A stretch of DNA of 64,000 bases from Thermodesulfobacteriota bacterium (GCA_024763535.1 JANTFH010000005.1:4612-68611); one strand, 5' to 3'; shown: positions 1-10,232, counted from the first letter of the stretch. Notes: generated by a model not told the origin, from the letters alone. Made by a program: numbers and translations.

Positions 1-1080
1 ATAGGTGCAGAGCATTGATCCGACCCGGTTGCAGACATGAGGGATATTGTGCTCGTTCAGGAGCGCATCAATACCGTTGCCGAGATAACTGGAACTCTTC
101 TCCAGCTCCGGGTAGGGGTCTACACTTTTTAAATGCCGCAGGGTTACCAGCCCAGCCGCCATCGCCAGCGGATTTCCGGAGAGGGTTCCCGCCTGATAGA
201 CACTGCCGGTCGGGGCCAGACACTCCATTATCTCGCGTTTTCCGCCGAAGGCGCCAACCGGCAGGCCGCCGCCGACAATCTTTCCGAGACAGGTGAGATC
301 CGGTTTGATATCATACAGGATCTGAGCTCCTCCGTAGGCGACCCGGAAACCGGTCATAACTTCATCAAAAATGAGAACAATACCATGTTCGCTGCAACGT
401 TTGCGCAGACCCTGAAGGAAACCCGGACGCGGAGGGATGGTTCCCATATTGCCGGCCACCGGTTCGACGATTATGGCGGCGATCTCATCGCCGCAACTTT
501 GAATAAGAGTATCAATGGAATCGAGGTCGTTGTAGATGGCGGAAAGGGTGTTACGAGTAAATTCTTCCGGCACTCCGGCGCTGTCGGGAACCCCGAAGGT
601 CATGGCGCCCGATCCGGCTTCAACCAGGAGATAGTCGACATGGCCGTGATAGCAGCCGGCAAATTTGATGATTTTTTTTCGTTTTGTATAGCCGCGTGCC
701 AGACGAATAGCGCTCATCGTGGCTTCGGTACCGGAATTAACCATGCGTACCATCTCAATGCTCGGCAGAGCGGCATTGATCTCTTCCGCCATCTCAATCT
801 CGAGAATCGTCGGGGCTCCGAAGCTGGCGCCGCGGGCGACCCGGTCGCGGACGGCATCGACGACTTCCGGATGGGTATGACCCAGGATCATCGGGCCCCA
901 GGAACCGACGTAATCGATATATTCATTGCCGTCGACATCATACACTTTACTCCCCCGGCCGCGGATGATAAAGGGAGGGTCGAGGTTGACCGAACCGTAC
1001 GCGCGAACCGGGCTGTTGACCCCGCCGGGGATGACTTTACGGGCCCTGTCGAAAAGTTTTTTAGAGGTTGTTCGTACCAT
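1..1080 (-). CDS. hemL: Glutamate-1-semialdehyde 2,1-aminomutase (runs off left edge)
   Basis: Absent from the ORF track. Manual minus-strand translation from ATG 1080 gives [31 protein letters not shown]...[21 protein letters not shown], the typical HemL N-terminus. AGGAG RBS upstream. Confidence 0.95.
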   Translation of the reverse strand, partial: MVRTTSKKLFDRARKVIPGGVNSPVRAYGSVNLDPPFIIRGRGSKVYDVDGNEYIDYVGSWGPMILGHTHPEVVDAVRDRVARGASFGAPTILEIEMAEEINAALPSIEMVRMVNSGTEATMSAIRLARGYTKRKKIIKFAGCYHGHVDYLLVEAGSGAMTFGVPDSAGVPEEFTRNTLSAIYNDLDSIDTLIQSCGDEIAAIIVEPVAGNMGTIPPRPGFLQGLRKRCSEHGIVLIFDEVMTGFRVAYGGAQILYDIKPDLTCLGKIVGGGLPVGAFGGKREIMECLAPTGSVYQAGTLSGNPLAMAAGLVTLRHLKSVDPYPELEKSSSYLGNGIDALLNEHNIPHVCNRVGSMLCTY

Positions 1081-1140
1081 TTTCTGCTCCTTTTATTTAA
1101 GCGGTCATCCAGGCGTTGCCGGAGTTGTTTCCGAGCGAGC

Positions 1141-1173
1141 GCTATACAACAGGAGATGTTTGATGTCAATCAG
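1141..1173 (-). promoter_or_regulatory. Putative sigma70 promoter of hemL overlapped by an FNR/Crp-like box
   Basis: Minus strand TTGACA (1169-1164), 17 nt spacer, TATAGC (1146-1141). TTGAT-GTCA-ATCAG at 1160-1173 is a 9/10 match to TTGAT-N4-ATCAA. Confidence 0.35.
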
Positions 1174-1206
1174 TTTAATTGTTGTAACAGCGTCGTTTGA
1201 ACAGCC

Positions 1207-3252
1207 CTATTTTATCTCGCTAATTCTTCTGCTTGAAATAAGTTTGAGGCTGCGATTTTGGGCTGTCTCGGTATAGATTCTAAGATCTTTAGCCTGGCGG
1301 CTGATTGCCGCCATACGCTGTAGAACGGTTTCTCTTAAAGTATCATAGCCCGGGCGGTGCCTGATATATTCGACAGTATCCTGCAGATCCGGCAGGGCCT
1401 CAACACTTTGAAATCGTCTGTCTTGATTGATGATTGAGACCAGCAGATCACTTATTGTTTGGCGTAAATAACCGCTGTATCTGCGGCTGCGATGTACGAC
1501 CGTGGCCAAGGCACAGCTGCCGTCTACTTCCGTCTGGCGCAGCCGGTTTAAGATATGCAGAAGCGGGAGCCGGTTGCGGAGATCGGCTTCGGTAAAATCG
1601 TCCTGATCCAGAAAAAGTTTCTGCAACTCCTCCGCTTCTTCAGCAAAATCCGCCTGCAATTTATCTTCCGCCGGCAACCGGCCTTCAATCAGTTCTGCAA
1701 TGAAGCGGTTGATGATGGTGGTTGCGGTTTCCTGATTTCGATTAAGAAACTCAGCCAGGGCCGTACTGAAATTTGGGAGATCATCGCCTTTGCTGAGGCG
1801 CTCTTTGATGGTCAGCTCGCGGCTGTTTTCATAGCTTGCCAGCCGGGAGAGCAGGATTTTAAACTCTTTAGCGGTAAAGTACGGTTTAAGCCGGTTGAGC
1901 AGTTTGAATGAAAAACACCAGTCAACATCGTCCAGCAGGTCAATCAGGGTTCTGCGGACTGCATAGCGGTCGGCAAAACGGGTCAGAAAGAGGGCCACCT
2001 GCTGCTGGTGATGGTGGAGCAGCGGGGCCCTGTAAGTTCGTATGATACTCTCCCACTCTTTTCCGTAACCAAAGATTGACAAAGCTTCAAGCAGTTCAGG
2101 GTAGAGCTCTTCCTGATCGTGCCACCGGCTCAGCCGGTTGGCGTTGGCCTGATCCGGTTCAGCCCGTGGATGGCGGGCCAGTAGAGACAGCAGGAGGCGG
2201 CGTTCGGGGCTGGTTTCAGTTGTCATGAGATCATCGAAGAGCACTTTCAACGCTTGAGGATGACAATTTGTAGACAGTGCGGCCCAGGCCAGATGCCGTT
2301 CATGGCGATCGCCTCTGCTAGCTCTTTTCTGCAGTAGTTCTACGGCCTCAGGGGTGGGGATGAAAGCAATTCCGGGGATTGCCGCCAGCCGGTGTTTACG
2401 GCGCCAGGAATTACCGGCTGCAAGTAGTTCCGTCTGCTGTTTCGTATCACCCATCCGGGCGCTAAGGGTACATAAAATGTAGTTGTTATCGGTAAATTTA
2501 TTTAGCCGATCCCGGCATTTTGTCAGTTTTAGCCGGCCGATTGCGGCGGCGATGGATGGCTCCAGTGTTACTTTTCGGGTGAGTAGCTCCAGAGTTCTGA
2601 TATTGCATTGTTCGGCCTCCTCAGAACTTAAAGGCGGCCTGATGAAGACTATGAGTTCGGGCACTTGTTTTAAGAGGGCGAAATTGTCGGCAAAGATCAA
2701 GTCGTTTAAACGCTGTTCAGGCCAGGTTTCATGCAGAAGCCGCAGGCTGGTTGAACGCAGTTCCGGATCGACAATACCGATTATCAGACGGAGAGCTTTT
2801 TCCGGCGAAAAGAGCCTGATGGCAAGGGTCGCGGCAATCGCCGTGGTTCTTTCAACTCCGTGGGCAGCTCCGGTAAGTGAGTGAAAGTAGTCAAAAAAAC
2901 TGCATCCTCCTTCACCGTGAATGATTTTGCGTTTTATCGACTTCAGTTCCGGGTAGAATTCACGGCTGTCATCAATTTCAAAATGGTTAAAGAGACGAAA
3001 AATTGAGCTGTTGCCGCCGAGAAAGTAGGCCGCAGTCATTATAAGTTCCAGGTTCCGGTCGTGAGGGCCGTTAAGGGTCGCGTGGAGTTTTTTTTCAAGT
3101 TGTGAGAACTGCCGGTGTTCTTTTGAAGCGGGAGTATGATGACGGAGACTGAGCTGTATCCTATAAAATAACTCAAGCACCTGCCAGCGCAGTTCCCAGT
3201 TTTCGGTCAGGAGATCACTTATAATTTCTGGTCCGGGAATGAGTATCTTCAT
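1207..3252 (-). CDS. Hypothetical alpha-helical (HEAT-repeat-like) protein
   Basis: 681-aa ORF with Leu/Ala/Arg-rich helical repeats (AAAIGRLKL, RLAAIPGIAF, RHLAWAALS). No catalytic motif recognised. Confidence 0.7.
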   Translation of the reverse strand: MKILIPGPEIISDLLTENWELRWQVLELFYRIQLSLRHHTPASKEHRQFSQLEKKLHATLNGPHDRNLELIMTAAYFLGGNSSIFRLFNHFEIDDSREFYPELKSIKRKIIHGEGGCSFFDYFHSLTGAAHGVERTTAIAATLAIRLFSPEKALRLIIGIVDPELRSTSLRLLHETWPEQRLNDLIFADNFALLKQVPELIVFIRPPLSSEEAEQCNIRTLELLTRKVTLEPSIAAAIGRLKLTKCRDRLNKFTDNNYILCTLSARMGDTKQQTELLAAGNSWRRKHRLAAIPGIAFIPTPEAVELLQKRASRGDRHERHLAWAALSTNCHPQALKVLFDDLMTTETSPERRLLLSLLARHPRAEPDQANANRLSRWHDQEELYPELLEALSIFGYGKEWESIIRTYRAPLLHHHQQQVALFLTRFADRYAVRRTLIDLLDDVDWCFSFKLLNRLKPYFTAKEFKILLSRLASYENSRELTIKERLSKGDDLPNFSTALAEFLNRNQETATTIINRFIAELIEGRLPAEDKLQADFAEEAEELQKLFLDQDDFTEADLRNRLPLLHILNRLRQTEVDGSCALATVVHRSRRYSGYLRQTISDLLVSIINQDRRFQSVEALPDLQDTVEYIRHRPGYDTLRETVLQRMAAISRQAKDLRIYTETAQNRSLKLISSRRISEIK

Positions 3253-3293
3253 AAAGTATTGAAAAGTAAGAGTTTATTGTGGGTGCTAATTGC

Positions 3294-3322
3294 TTGACAT
3301 GGTTTACTTATGCTTGTATGTA
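3294..3322 (+). promoter_or_regulatory. Putative sigma70 promoter
   Basis: TTGACA (3294-3299), 17 nt spacer, TATGTA (3317-3322), upstream of the UshA-like gene. Confidence 0.4.
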
Positions 3323-3508
3323 GAGTTGTAAAGGTTGATTTTTATTTCTGGCCATCCTTTAAGGATAACCACGGGAAAAGTCAATCTTTGAATTGAGATA
3401 ATCGTCCCTGTCCGGGAGCGGGTTCTGTCGGCAAGCCCCCTTTGCCCTACTGGATCGATCCGTTGCCTGGGGTCAACAATGTCTGATTTTGAAAAACTGG
3501 AGATATTA

Positions 3509-4975
3509 ATGAAAAAAGTGATCACAGGAGTAATCTTTTTAATCTTTTTCAGCAGTGGATTATTGCTGGCCTGGTTCCCCGAAATAGCGTTGTCCGCGGT
3601 TTCCGGCAAATCCTTTTCAATCATCTACTCCTCGGATGAGAGAGGGGCGATCGCCCCGTGCGGCTGACATAAAAATCCGCGTGGCGGTCTGGCCAAGCGT
3701 GCGACTTATCTTGAAGAAATCGGTAAGAGTAAAACCCCTTATCTGGTGCTTAATGGAGGGAACCTGTTATTCAATCGGGAGTCTCTGAAGCCGGAAAAGG
3801 TCATTGCCGGCAAATTGCTGGCGGATCTGATCGTCTCCTCCTACAACAAGATGGGCTGTGATGCTTTGAACATCGGTGCCTACGACCTCTCTTTAGGGGT
3901 AGATTTTCTCCGGAAAAAAGAGAAGGCTGCCAAATTTCCCTTTCTCTCCGCAAATATAATGGATAAACACGGGAAACCGGTCTTTACTCCCTCTATAGTT
4001 AAAAAGATTAACGGAGTCAAAGTCGGTATTTTCGGAATCTGCAGCGACAAGCTGAAACTCAACAAGATACCCGGCGGCAATAAACTTAAGATTGCCAATG
4101 CTCTGGCCAAAGCTGAAGAGACAGCGCTACAGCTGCAACAGCAGGGGGCGGATTATATTATTCTTCTGACTACGCTCAATATCCGCCAGTGCCGCCGTCT
4201 GGGGCAGCGTGATATGCCGATTGATTTGATTGTCGGCAGCAGTAAGAGAAATCGTATATCCTTGCCAATTCTGGTTGATGATACCTATATAGTTCATGTT
4301 GAAAGAGGGGGCAAAAGTGTCGGTCGTCTCGATGTCAGCTTCCTCGGGCCGGCCGGAGTTCAGGCTTTGTCTCCGGCTGTTCGCTATAAGGGTAAAGCTG
4401 TTGGCGACAACCTGTTTTTATTGAATCATTTCCATCCGCTCAAGCTTGATATCCCGGATCATCCGGAGATTGCACCGATGGTAAAGAAGGTTGAGATCAG
4501 TCTGAGTCGTCTGCGGCAGGTAAAAGCGACGCAATCAATGACTATCGCCGGTGGTGGGGAAAAGGTGAAAATGGCCCCCGGCAATAGTTATGTATTTGCT
4601 GAAGCCTGTAATAAGTGTCACTCTCTACAGTTTCAACGCTGGCAGAAGACGGCGCATGCGAAAGCCTACACTTCCCTGATCAAGAACGATAAACATTTTG
4701 ATGAGGAGTGTATCTCCTGTCACGCTTTAGGTTACTCTCAGGCCGGAGGCTTTACGGATCTTCATCAGGTCGGTGAATTTGCCAATGTTCAATGCGAGTC
4801 CTGTCATGGTCCCGGCCGTCTGCATGTCAAATCCGAGGGTAAAACCAAGCTCAACCGGGATTTAGCTAACGGGAAGATGTGCCTTAAGTGTCATATCGAG
4901 GAGCGTAGCCCTGATTTTGACCTGGAAACCTATTTTCATAATGTCTGCGGGGCCGCTGCTATGCCGAAAAAATAG
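3509..4975 (+). CDS. Secreted UshA/5'-nucleotidase-fold selenoprotein (CxU) fused to a tetraheme c554-like domain; Sec at TGA 3665-3667
   Basis: ORFs 3479-3667 and 3746-4975 share a frame and join through one TGA (IAPCG-U-HKNPRGGLAKRATYL). GGAG RBS before ATG 3509, signal peptide, FPFLSANI and GVKVGIFG motifs, four CxxCH (CNKCH, CISCH, CESCH, CLKCH). 488 aa with readthrough. Confidence 0.85.
3678..3705 (+). promoter_or_regulatory. SECIS-like hairpin after TGA 3665
   Basis: CGCG-TGGC-[GGTCTG]-GCCA-AGCG stem-loop starting about 10 nt after the UGA, with a G-starting loop. Folded by eye. Confidence 0.55.
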
Positions 4976-5050
4976 TTCATGGATACCTGTATGTAAGCTG
5001 ATGTTGGTTTTCCGAAGGTTAACTTATGGGGTAACGGTGCTGATCTGTTT

Positions 5051-5584
5051 TTATGGTTGCGGCGGTAGACTTTTTTCGTTTTTGAGCAGGTCATTTTTGA
5101 GTTTGTCGAAGTCATCCCGGCTGATGAGACCGCGGTCGTAGAGGTCTGAGAGACGCAGGAGCTCGTTGCTGGGTGACGAGTTTAGTGGCGGGTATTCCGG
5201 AAGCGCATTGAGGGGGGTTATCTGGTTTTCGAGCATCACCTGCGGTTGTTGGTCCCGGTTCTGGCTTTTGATCGAGATTGAGGCCAGGCCGCCGAGCAGG
5301 CTTACCTCAATATTCTGTCCCGGAAACGGAGGGTTATGCAGGGTGTTTAATATCTGCTTGCCGTTCTGTTTCAGCAGGTAGTAGAAAAAAGCCCCGGAGG
5401 CAATTATCAGGATAACTCCGCCCCCCAGGATATACTCTATATATTCTGAAAGAGCCTGAATAAAGACCACCGCTGTTGCCAGAATAATAACCAGCAAAAG
5501 ATGAATCAGGAGGATCAGATATCCTGCCATTACTCCGCTTAAAAGCGGATTTTTTTTGCCTTCGCTTATCTTGTCTTCATTCAT
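5051..5584 (-). CDS. Membrane protein with C-terminal SHOCT-like domain
   Basis: Two hydrophobic helices, and C-terminal ELLRLSDLYDRGLISRDDFDKLKNDLL matching the SHOCT pattern. Confidence 0.8.
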   Translation of the reverse strand: MNEDKISEGKKNPLLSGVMAGYLILLIHLLLVIILATAVVFIQALSEYIEYILGGGVILIIASGAFFYYLLKQNGKQILNTLHNPPFPGQNIEVSLLGGLASISIKSQNRDQQPQVMLENQITPLNALPEYPPLNSSPSNELLRLSDLYDRGLISRDDFDKLKNDLLKNEKSLPPQP

Positions 5585-5814
5585 TGATTAATTCGGGCCA
5601 TCTATCCGTTTATGAGTATAAAGTTCTCATGGCAACTCTAAAGAACCTGTTCCGGATACTACTTTTTTATGATTTAATCAATGAATTACTGTCGCACTTA
5701 TTCTTTCCCGTTTTGAAAAAGCTACCCCAGTCAAAGTATTTTTTCGTGGTTGTTCCGCTTAAACCGGAATAAAAGCCTGGTAACGGGATAACGGGCATAG
5801 ATCCATCTGCGTTC

Positions 5815-5861
5815 AAAATAAAAGGGGTGCGGCGTTTAATCTGCCGCACCCCTTTTATTTT
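5815..5861 (-). terminator. Rho-independent terminator of the multiheme cytochrome gene
   Basis: AAAATAAAAGGGGTGCGGC / GCCGCACCCCTTTTATTTT inverted repeat just past the stop at 5887. Confidence 0.85.
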
Positions 5862-5886
5862 TGAAGAGTTGAATCTTCAGGAGACT

Positions 5887-8100
5887 TTAATATTTGTACT
5901 CTTTGTCTCCCAGAGTTTTAATCGTACTGTGTCTCTGGAGTTGAGCCCTGGCCCGATCAAGCAGATCCGTGACCTTTTTAGTCAGTTCCTTGGCAAACTC
6001 AAGGTTGTGAATCGGGTTTCCGTCCAGAAGTTTAAGGTTCTTCTCGGCGTTGTTGAGCAGATCCTGAGCCTCATACGTGTAATCTCCATTCTGGATGGCC
6101 AGCAGGACCGATCGCTGAGTTTGCTCAAGCTGTTCTTTAAGGCTGTCGATATTCAGGGCTTTAACCTCCTGACGCCACTCATCAACCATCTTGCCGTAGG
6201 CGGAGTCGTCATCGTGACACTCGATGCAGGCCTGTTTGAGGGCGGCATCGGTCATATCCTTCTCTTCGCTTACTTCAACATGGCAGTCGATACAGTTGAC
6301 CTCGGCCGCCATTGAACTGGGAGTTCCTTTGATGTCGCAACTTATTTCGTTGCAGGCATTCTGCCCGTGGATAAGATTGTAGGTGGCACTGTGACAATCT
6401 GCACACTCAACGGCACCGTTGCCGGAACCGTGGTGACAGTCTTTACAGTTTTTCAGGATCGTCCGGCCATGATGATCGCGGGAGCTGTGACAGTCGAGGC
6501 AGGCAAGGCCTTCGTCGACGACATGGACGTCATGCGGGAACTGAACATCACCGAAAGGTACGGGTTTGGTTTCAATACACTCAACACAGCTATGGCAGAG
6601 TTCGGTACAGCCGGTGGGTGAGGTAACCGCCTTAGCTTTGTAGGATGAATCGGCAATAGCTTTTGCTTTTTCACAACGTTCGCGACTGTCTGCGAGCAGA
6701 TTCAAAGCGTAATCGATGTTGTGGATTCCGTGGCTGTTCTTGACAAAGAGATAATTTTTCTGAGCTACCTCATAGAGTTTTGAGCCTTCTGGTGATTTTG
6801 TTTCGGTTAAAATCTGGTTGGTTTCGCGTAGGGTATTCGAGGTCTCGGCCAGCTCTTTTTTCAGAACCTCTTTCCAGTGCTTGGCCATATCGTCGTAACC
6901 GGCACCATGACACTCGGCACAGGATTTGATTAACTCATCAAAACCGGTACGTTTGAGTTTCCGGGTTTCACCATCGACATCATATACGGTCAGGTGACAG
7001 CTGGCACAGTCGAGGTGAGCCTTGTACATGCCGCTCGGCATCTCTTTAACATCCAGTCCGCCAACTCCGGCATACATGCTATGGACATTCTGGTGTTGAT
7101 CAAAGGTATGGCACTTGGCACAGTTGTGGTCATAGTGAAGCCCACTGTTGATTACCGCCGTTTTTATGATTCTCTGACGCTCCAGATACTTCGTCGATTT
7201 TTCGCGCGCGATATAGTGGTTGATATTGGCGTGGCAACGGAAACACTCAACCTTATGGGCAGTAACATGGTTGAAATGCATCTTTTCGCTGCTGTAACTG
7301 CCTTCCAGCAGATGAGGTTCGGAGTGACACTGGACGCAGACATTATCCATGACGTGGCCGTCACCGTAAATGATGCCGAAGTGACACTGCTCACAGTTAA
7401 CCCCGCGTTCGATGTAATCCTTGTGGACAAAAGGCTGATCCACATCCGCATCAACATATATCTTGGTTCGGTTTGAAGTATGGCAGGTCTGGCAGTCGGA
7501 AATCTCAAGATGGTTCTCTTTGTCGTAGAAGTGACACATGAAACAGGTGGTTTCCGTGACGGTGAGATGCTCACCCTGAACGATCTGGGAGTGGCAGCTG
7601 ACGCATTTCAGCTTTTTGCCGCGGCGCAGGTTGTCTAGATGGGTTTCATGGCTGAATTCGACCCCTTTGAAATTTACGGTGTTCTCTTTTAATTCGGTCA
7701 TCCCGTGACACCCATCTCGCAGACAGCTGGAATCGCTGATCTCGGTATGCGGCCGGGGGGGAGCCGTGCCGGTAATTTTCATAACTACATGTGTCTGAGC
7801 TTTCCATTTACCTTTGAGTTCGCCCCAGACGCCGGGCTCGAAATGACACTCAAGGCAACTGACTTCTTTATGGGAAGACTGTTTCCATGATTCGATATAG
7901 GAGTCCATGTTATGACACATACCACAGAATTTGTAGCTGGCGGTGGCCTTAAGGAGCAGGACGATCATTAGGATAAAGATACAGAAAGAAACAGCAAAGA
8001 ACACCAGCAGTCCTTTCCAGTGTTCGCGGGTACCGCGAGCCGCTTCGTGGCTGAAGTCACGGATAAAATCAATTAATAAATTCCACATTCTTCGAATCAT
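5887..8100 (-). CDS. Membrane-anchored multiheme cytochrome c with NapC/NirT-like N-terminus (16 CxxCH plus CX4CH and CX3CH)
   Basis: N-terminal TM helix then FCGMCHNM...SWKQSSHKEVSCLECH. 16 canonical motifs counted by hand, plus CLRDGCH and CTELCH. AAGGAG RBS. Confidence 0.92.
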   Translation of the reverse strand: MIRRMWNLLIDFIRDFSHEAARGTREHWKGLLVFFAVSFCIFILMIVLLLKATASYKFCGMCHNMDSYIESWKQSSHKEVSCLECHFEPGVWGELKGKWKAQTHVVMKITGTAPPRPHTEISDSSCLRDGCHGMTELKENTVNFKGVEFSHETHLDNLRRGKKLKCVSCHSQIVQGEHLTVTETTCFMCHFYDKENHLEISDCQTCHTSNRTKIYVDADVDQPFVHKDYIERGVNCEQCHFGIIYGDGHVMDNVCVQCHSEPHLLEGSYSSEKMHFNHVTAHKVECFRCHANINHYIAREKSTKYLERQRIIKTAVINSGLHYDHNCAKCHTFDQHQNVHSMYAGVGGLDVKEMPSGMYKAHLDCASCHLTVYDVDGETRKLKRTGFDELIKSCAECHGAGYDDMAKHWKEVLKKELAETSNTLRETNQILTETKSPEGSKLYEVAQKNYLFVKNSHGIHNIDYALNLLADSRERCEKAKAIADSSYKAKAVTSPTGCTELCHSCVECIETKPVPFGDVQFPHDVHVVDEGLACLDCHSSRDHHGRTILKNCKDCHHGSGNGAVECADCHSATYNLIHGQNACNEISCDIKGTPSSMAAEVNCIDCHVEVSEEKDMTDAALKQACIECHDDDSAYGKMVDEWRQEVKALNIDSLKEQLEQTQRSVLLAIQNGDYTYEAQDLLNNAEKNLKLLDGNPIHNLEFAKELTKKVTDLLDRARAQLQRHSTIKTLGDKEYKY

Positions 8101-8533
8101 CTTGTTAAGCTCCTTAAAAAAAACTTATCTAAACATTTTGGCAATTAATAATCTGGAATCTCAGTCTAATTAACCCAAACCTAATCTTTGTCGGATGACG
8201 TTAAAATTATAGTTTGTTAAATTTGAGACAATGTTTCCGTATCCTTTTGCCCCTACCATAGTTTGAAATTTAAAATCAAGTAAATATCAATAAATAGAAA
8301 GAGTTATAAATAATATAGAATACGGTGTACAGTATTATATATAACTTATTTCGAGATATCAGTCTTTTACATATATTAATACAAAAGTTAAACTCTATAA
8401 CTGTGTCTGATGAATGAGCCTGATCAGGGTGCAGAAATTTTGGCTTGGTGAAGTGATTAAGTGGCACTTTTAAGGTTAATTTTATGCGGGTTGAAGAATT
8501 GTGAATTGTATTTCATGCGTAAGGATTTTTTTC

Positions 8534-8562
8534 TTGACATAGGGGGGAGGGGTCGGTATATA
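8534..8562 (+). promoter_or_regulatory. Putative sigma70 promoter of the nuo operon
   Basis: TTGACA (8534-8539), 17 nt spacer, TATATA (8557-8562), about 120 nt upstream of nuoA. Confidence 0.6.
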
Positions 8563-8684
8563 AGCCGCGCTCAAATAAAAAGCTTCACATAGTAATTATC
8601 GTGAACTAATGCCTTGAAACCCGGCTCTAATTATCTCGGGTGAGGCTGTGAATAAGCTAATTATAGAGGGGTGAAACATATAAT

Positions 8685-9041
8685 ATGTCGCATGATTATA
8701 TTCCCGTTCTGGTAATGATGATTGTCGGTGTTGGTTTCGGTGTTGTGGCCGTGGTCTTATCTCGATTGCTTGGGCCGAACCGGAAATCAAGAGTCAAAAA
8801 AGAGACCTATGAATGTGGTATGACGACGATCGGTGCCTCCTATGTGCAGACGCCGATCAAATATTATGTTGTGGCTCTGTTATTTCTCGTATTTGATCTT
8901 GAATGTGTTTTTCTCTACCCCTGGGCTGTACATTATAAGAGTCTGGGGTTTTTTGGTTTCGTCGAGATGGTCCTCTTTATGGTGGTCCTCTTCGTCTGTT
9001 ATGTTTATGTCTGGAAAAAGGGAGCCTTGGAATGGGAATAG
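8685..9041 (+). CDS. nuoA: NADH-quinone oxidoreductase subunit A
   Basis: [31 protein letters not shown]. Confidence 0.97.
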   Translation: MSHDYIPVLVMMIVGVGFGVVAVVLSRLLGPNRKSRVKKETYECGMTTIGASYVQTPIKYYVVALLFLVFDLECVFLYPWAVHYKSLGFFGFVEMVLFMVVLFVCYVYVWKKGALEWE

Positions 9042-9562
9042 AGAGTGCATTAAAGGGCGACGGATTCCTGGTCACCAACCTTGAGAGTTTAGTTAACTGG
9101 GGACGTAAGAATTCGATCTGGCCTTGTACCTTCGGTCTGGCCTGATGCGCTTTGGAGATGATGGCTACCAGTTTGGCTAGCTACGATATCGCCCGCTTCG
9201 GTTCCGAAGTTTTTCGGCCGTCGCCGCGTCAGTCCGATCTGATGATTGTTGCCGGTACCCTGACAAAAAAGATGTCGGTAATGGTGCAGAGAATTTATGA
9301 GCAGATGGCGGAGCCCCGCTGGGTTATCGCGATGGGTGCCTGTGCTTCCTGCGGCGGGGTTTTTCAGAGTTATTCCGTGGTTCAGGGGGTCGATCAGGTT
9401 ATTCCGGTTGATGTCTATGTTCCCGGTTGTCCGCCGCGGCCGGAAGCGCTGCTGGCCAGCGTGATGAAACTTCAGGACAAGATTATGAAAGATAAATTCA
9501 GTGATCGTCCTGATTATGAAGAGCCTTCAAGCAGCAAATCCGACATTGTCAGTTTGTGTTAG
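9032..9562 (+). CDS. nuoB: NADH-quinone oxidoreductase subunit B with in-frame TGA (putative Sec38) at 9143-9145
   Basis: Open from ATG 9032, overlapping the nuoA end: [45 protein letters not shown]...[13 protein letters not shown]...GACASCGG...[11 protein letters not shown]. 176 aa. Confidence 0.93.
9162..9183 (+). promoter_or_regulatory. SECIS-like hairpin after nuoB TGA
   Basis: TGGCTA-CCA-[GTT]-TGG-C-TAGCTA. The loop G is 26 nt after the UGA. Folded by eye. Confidence 0.6.
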
Positions 9563-9598
9563 CATAGTATATTTTCAAAATTATAGAGTGCAGAAGAT

Positions 9599-10096
9599 AT
9601 GGAAAATGCGAAAGTAGTAGAGCAGATTAAAGGTAAATTTGCTGATGCGATCATCGAGGATATCGAGTTTCGCGGCGATTTGACCATCGTGGTCAGTCTT
9701 GAGAAGCTGCATGAGATTATGCTCTATATCCATGATGATGAGTCTTTGCATTACGACCTGTTGTCGGATGTGATCGGGATTGACAGACTGCCCCGTGAGC
9801 CCCGCTTTGAGATTGTCTATGTTCTCCACTCAATGGATGACTTCAGGCGCCTGATGGTCAAGGTTATGGTTGATGTCGATATCGCTGTTCCGACCGTAAC
9901 CGACATCTGGAAATCGGCAGACTGGCCGGAGCGTGAGGTCTATGACCTTCTGGGCGTGAGTTTCAGTGATCACCCGGATCTACGCCGGATCCTGATGTGG
10001 GATGATTTTGATGGCCACCCTTTGCGCAAGGACTTTCCTCTGAAAGGTAAGGACTTCGATAAAAAATGGGACCCATCAACCATTAAGGTTATGTAA
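9599..10096 (+). CDS. nuoC: NADH-quinone oxidoreductase subunit C
   Basis: ADWPEREVYDLLGVSFSDHPDLRRILM...GHPLRKDFPL. Confidence 0.97.
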   Translation: MENAKVVEQIKGKFADAIIEDIEFRGDLTIVVSLEKLHEIMLYIHDDESLHYDLLSDVIGIDRLPREPRFEIVYVLHSMDDFRRLMVKVMVDVDIAVPTVTDIWKSADWPEREVYDLLGVSFSDHPDLRRILMWDDFDGHPLRKDFPLKGKDFDKKWDPSTIKVM

Positions 10097-10232
10097 GTTT
10101 AAGGTTTGTGAATTAGAATCTGGTGCCTGCGGATTCCCTTTGATTATGAAAACCGGGGAATATCTTGATGACGGCACTTACTTGCGGGCAACACCCGCGT
10201 TAGTGATAACTATATCATAGAGGTTGGTAGCG

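Noticed and set aside
133-1200. 355-aa plus-strand ORF
   Set aside because: Antisense shadow of hemL, which is recognisable on the minus strand.
8499-8520. Rex operator upstream of nuoA (TTGTGAA...TTCATG)
   Set aside because: Half-site spacing does not fit TTGTGAA-N4-TTCACAA.
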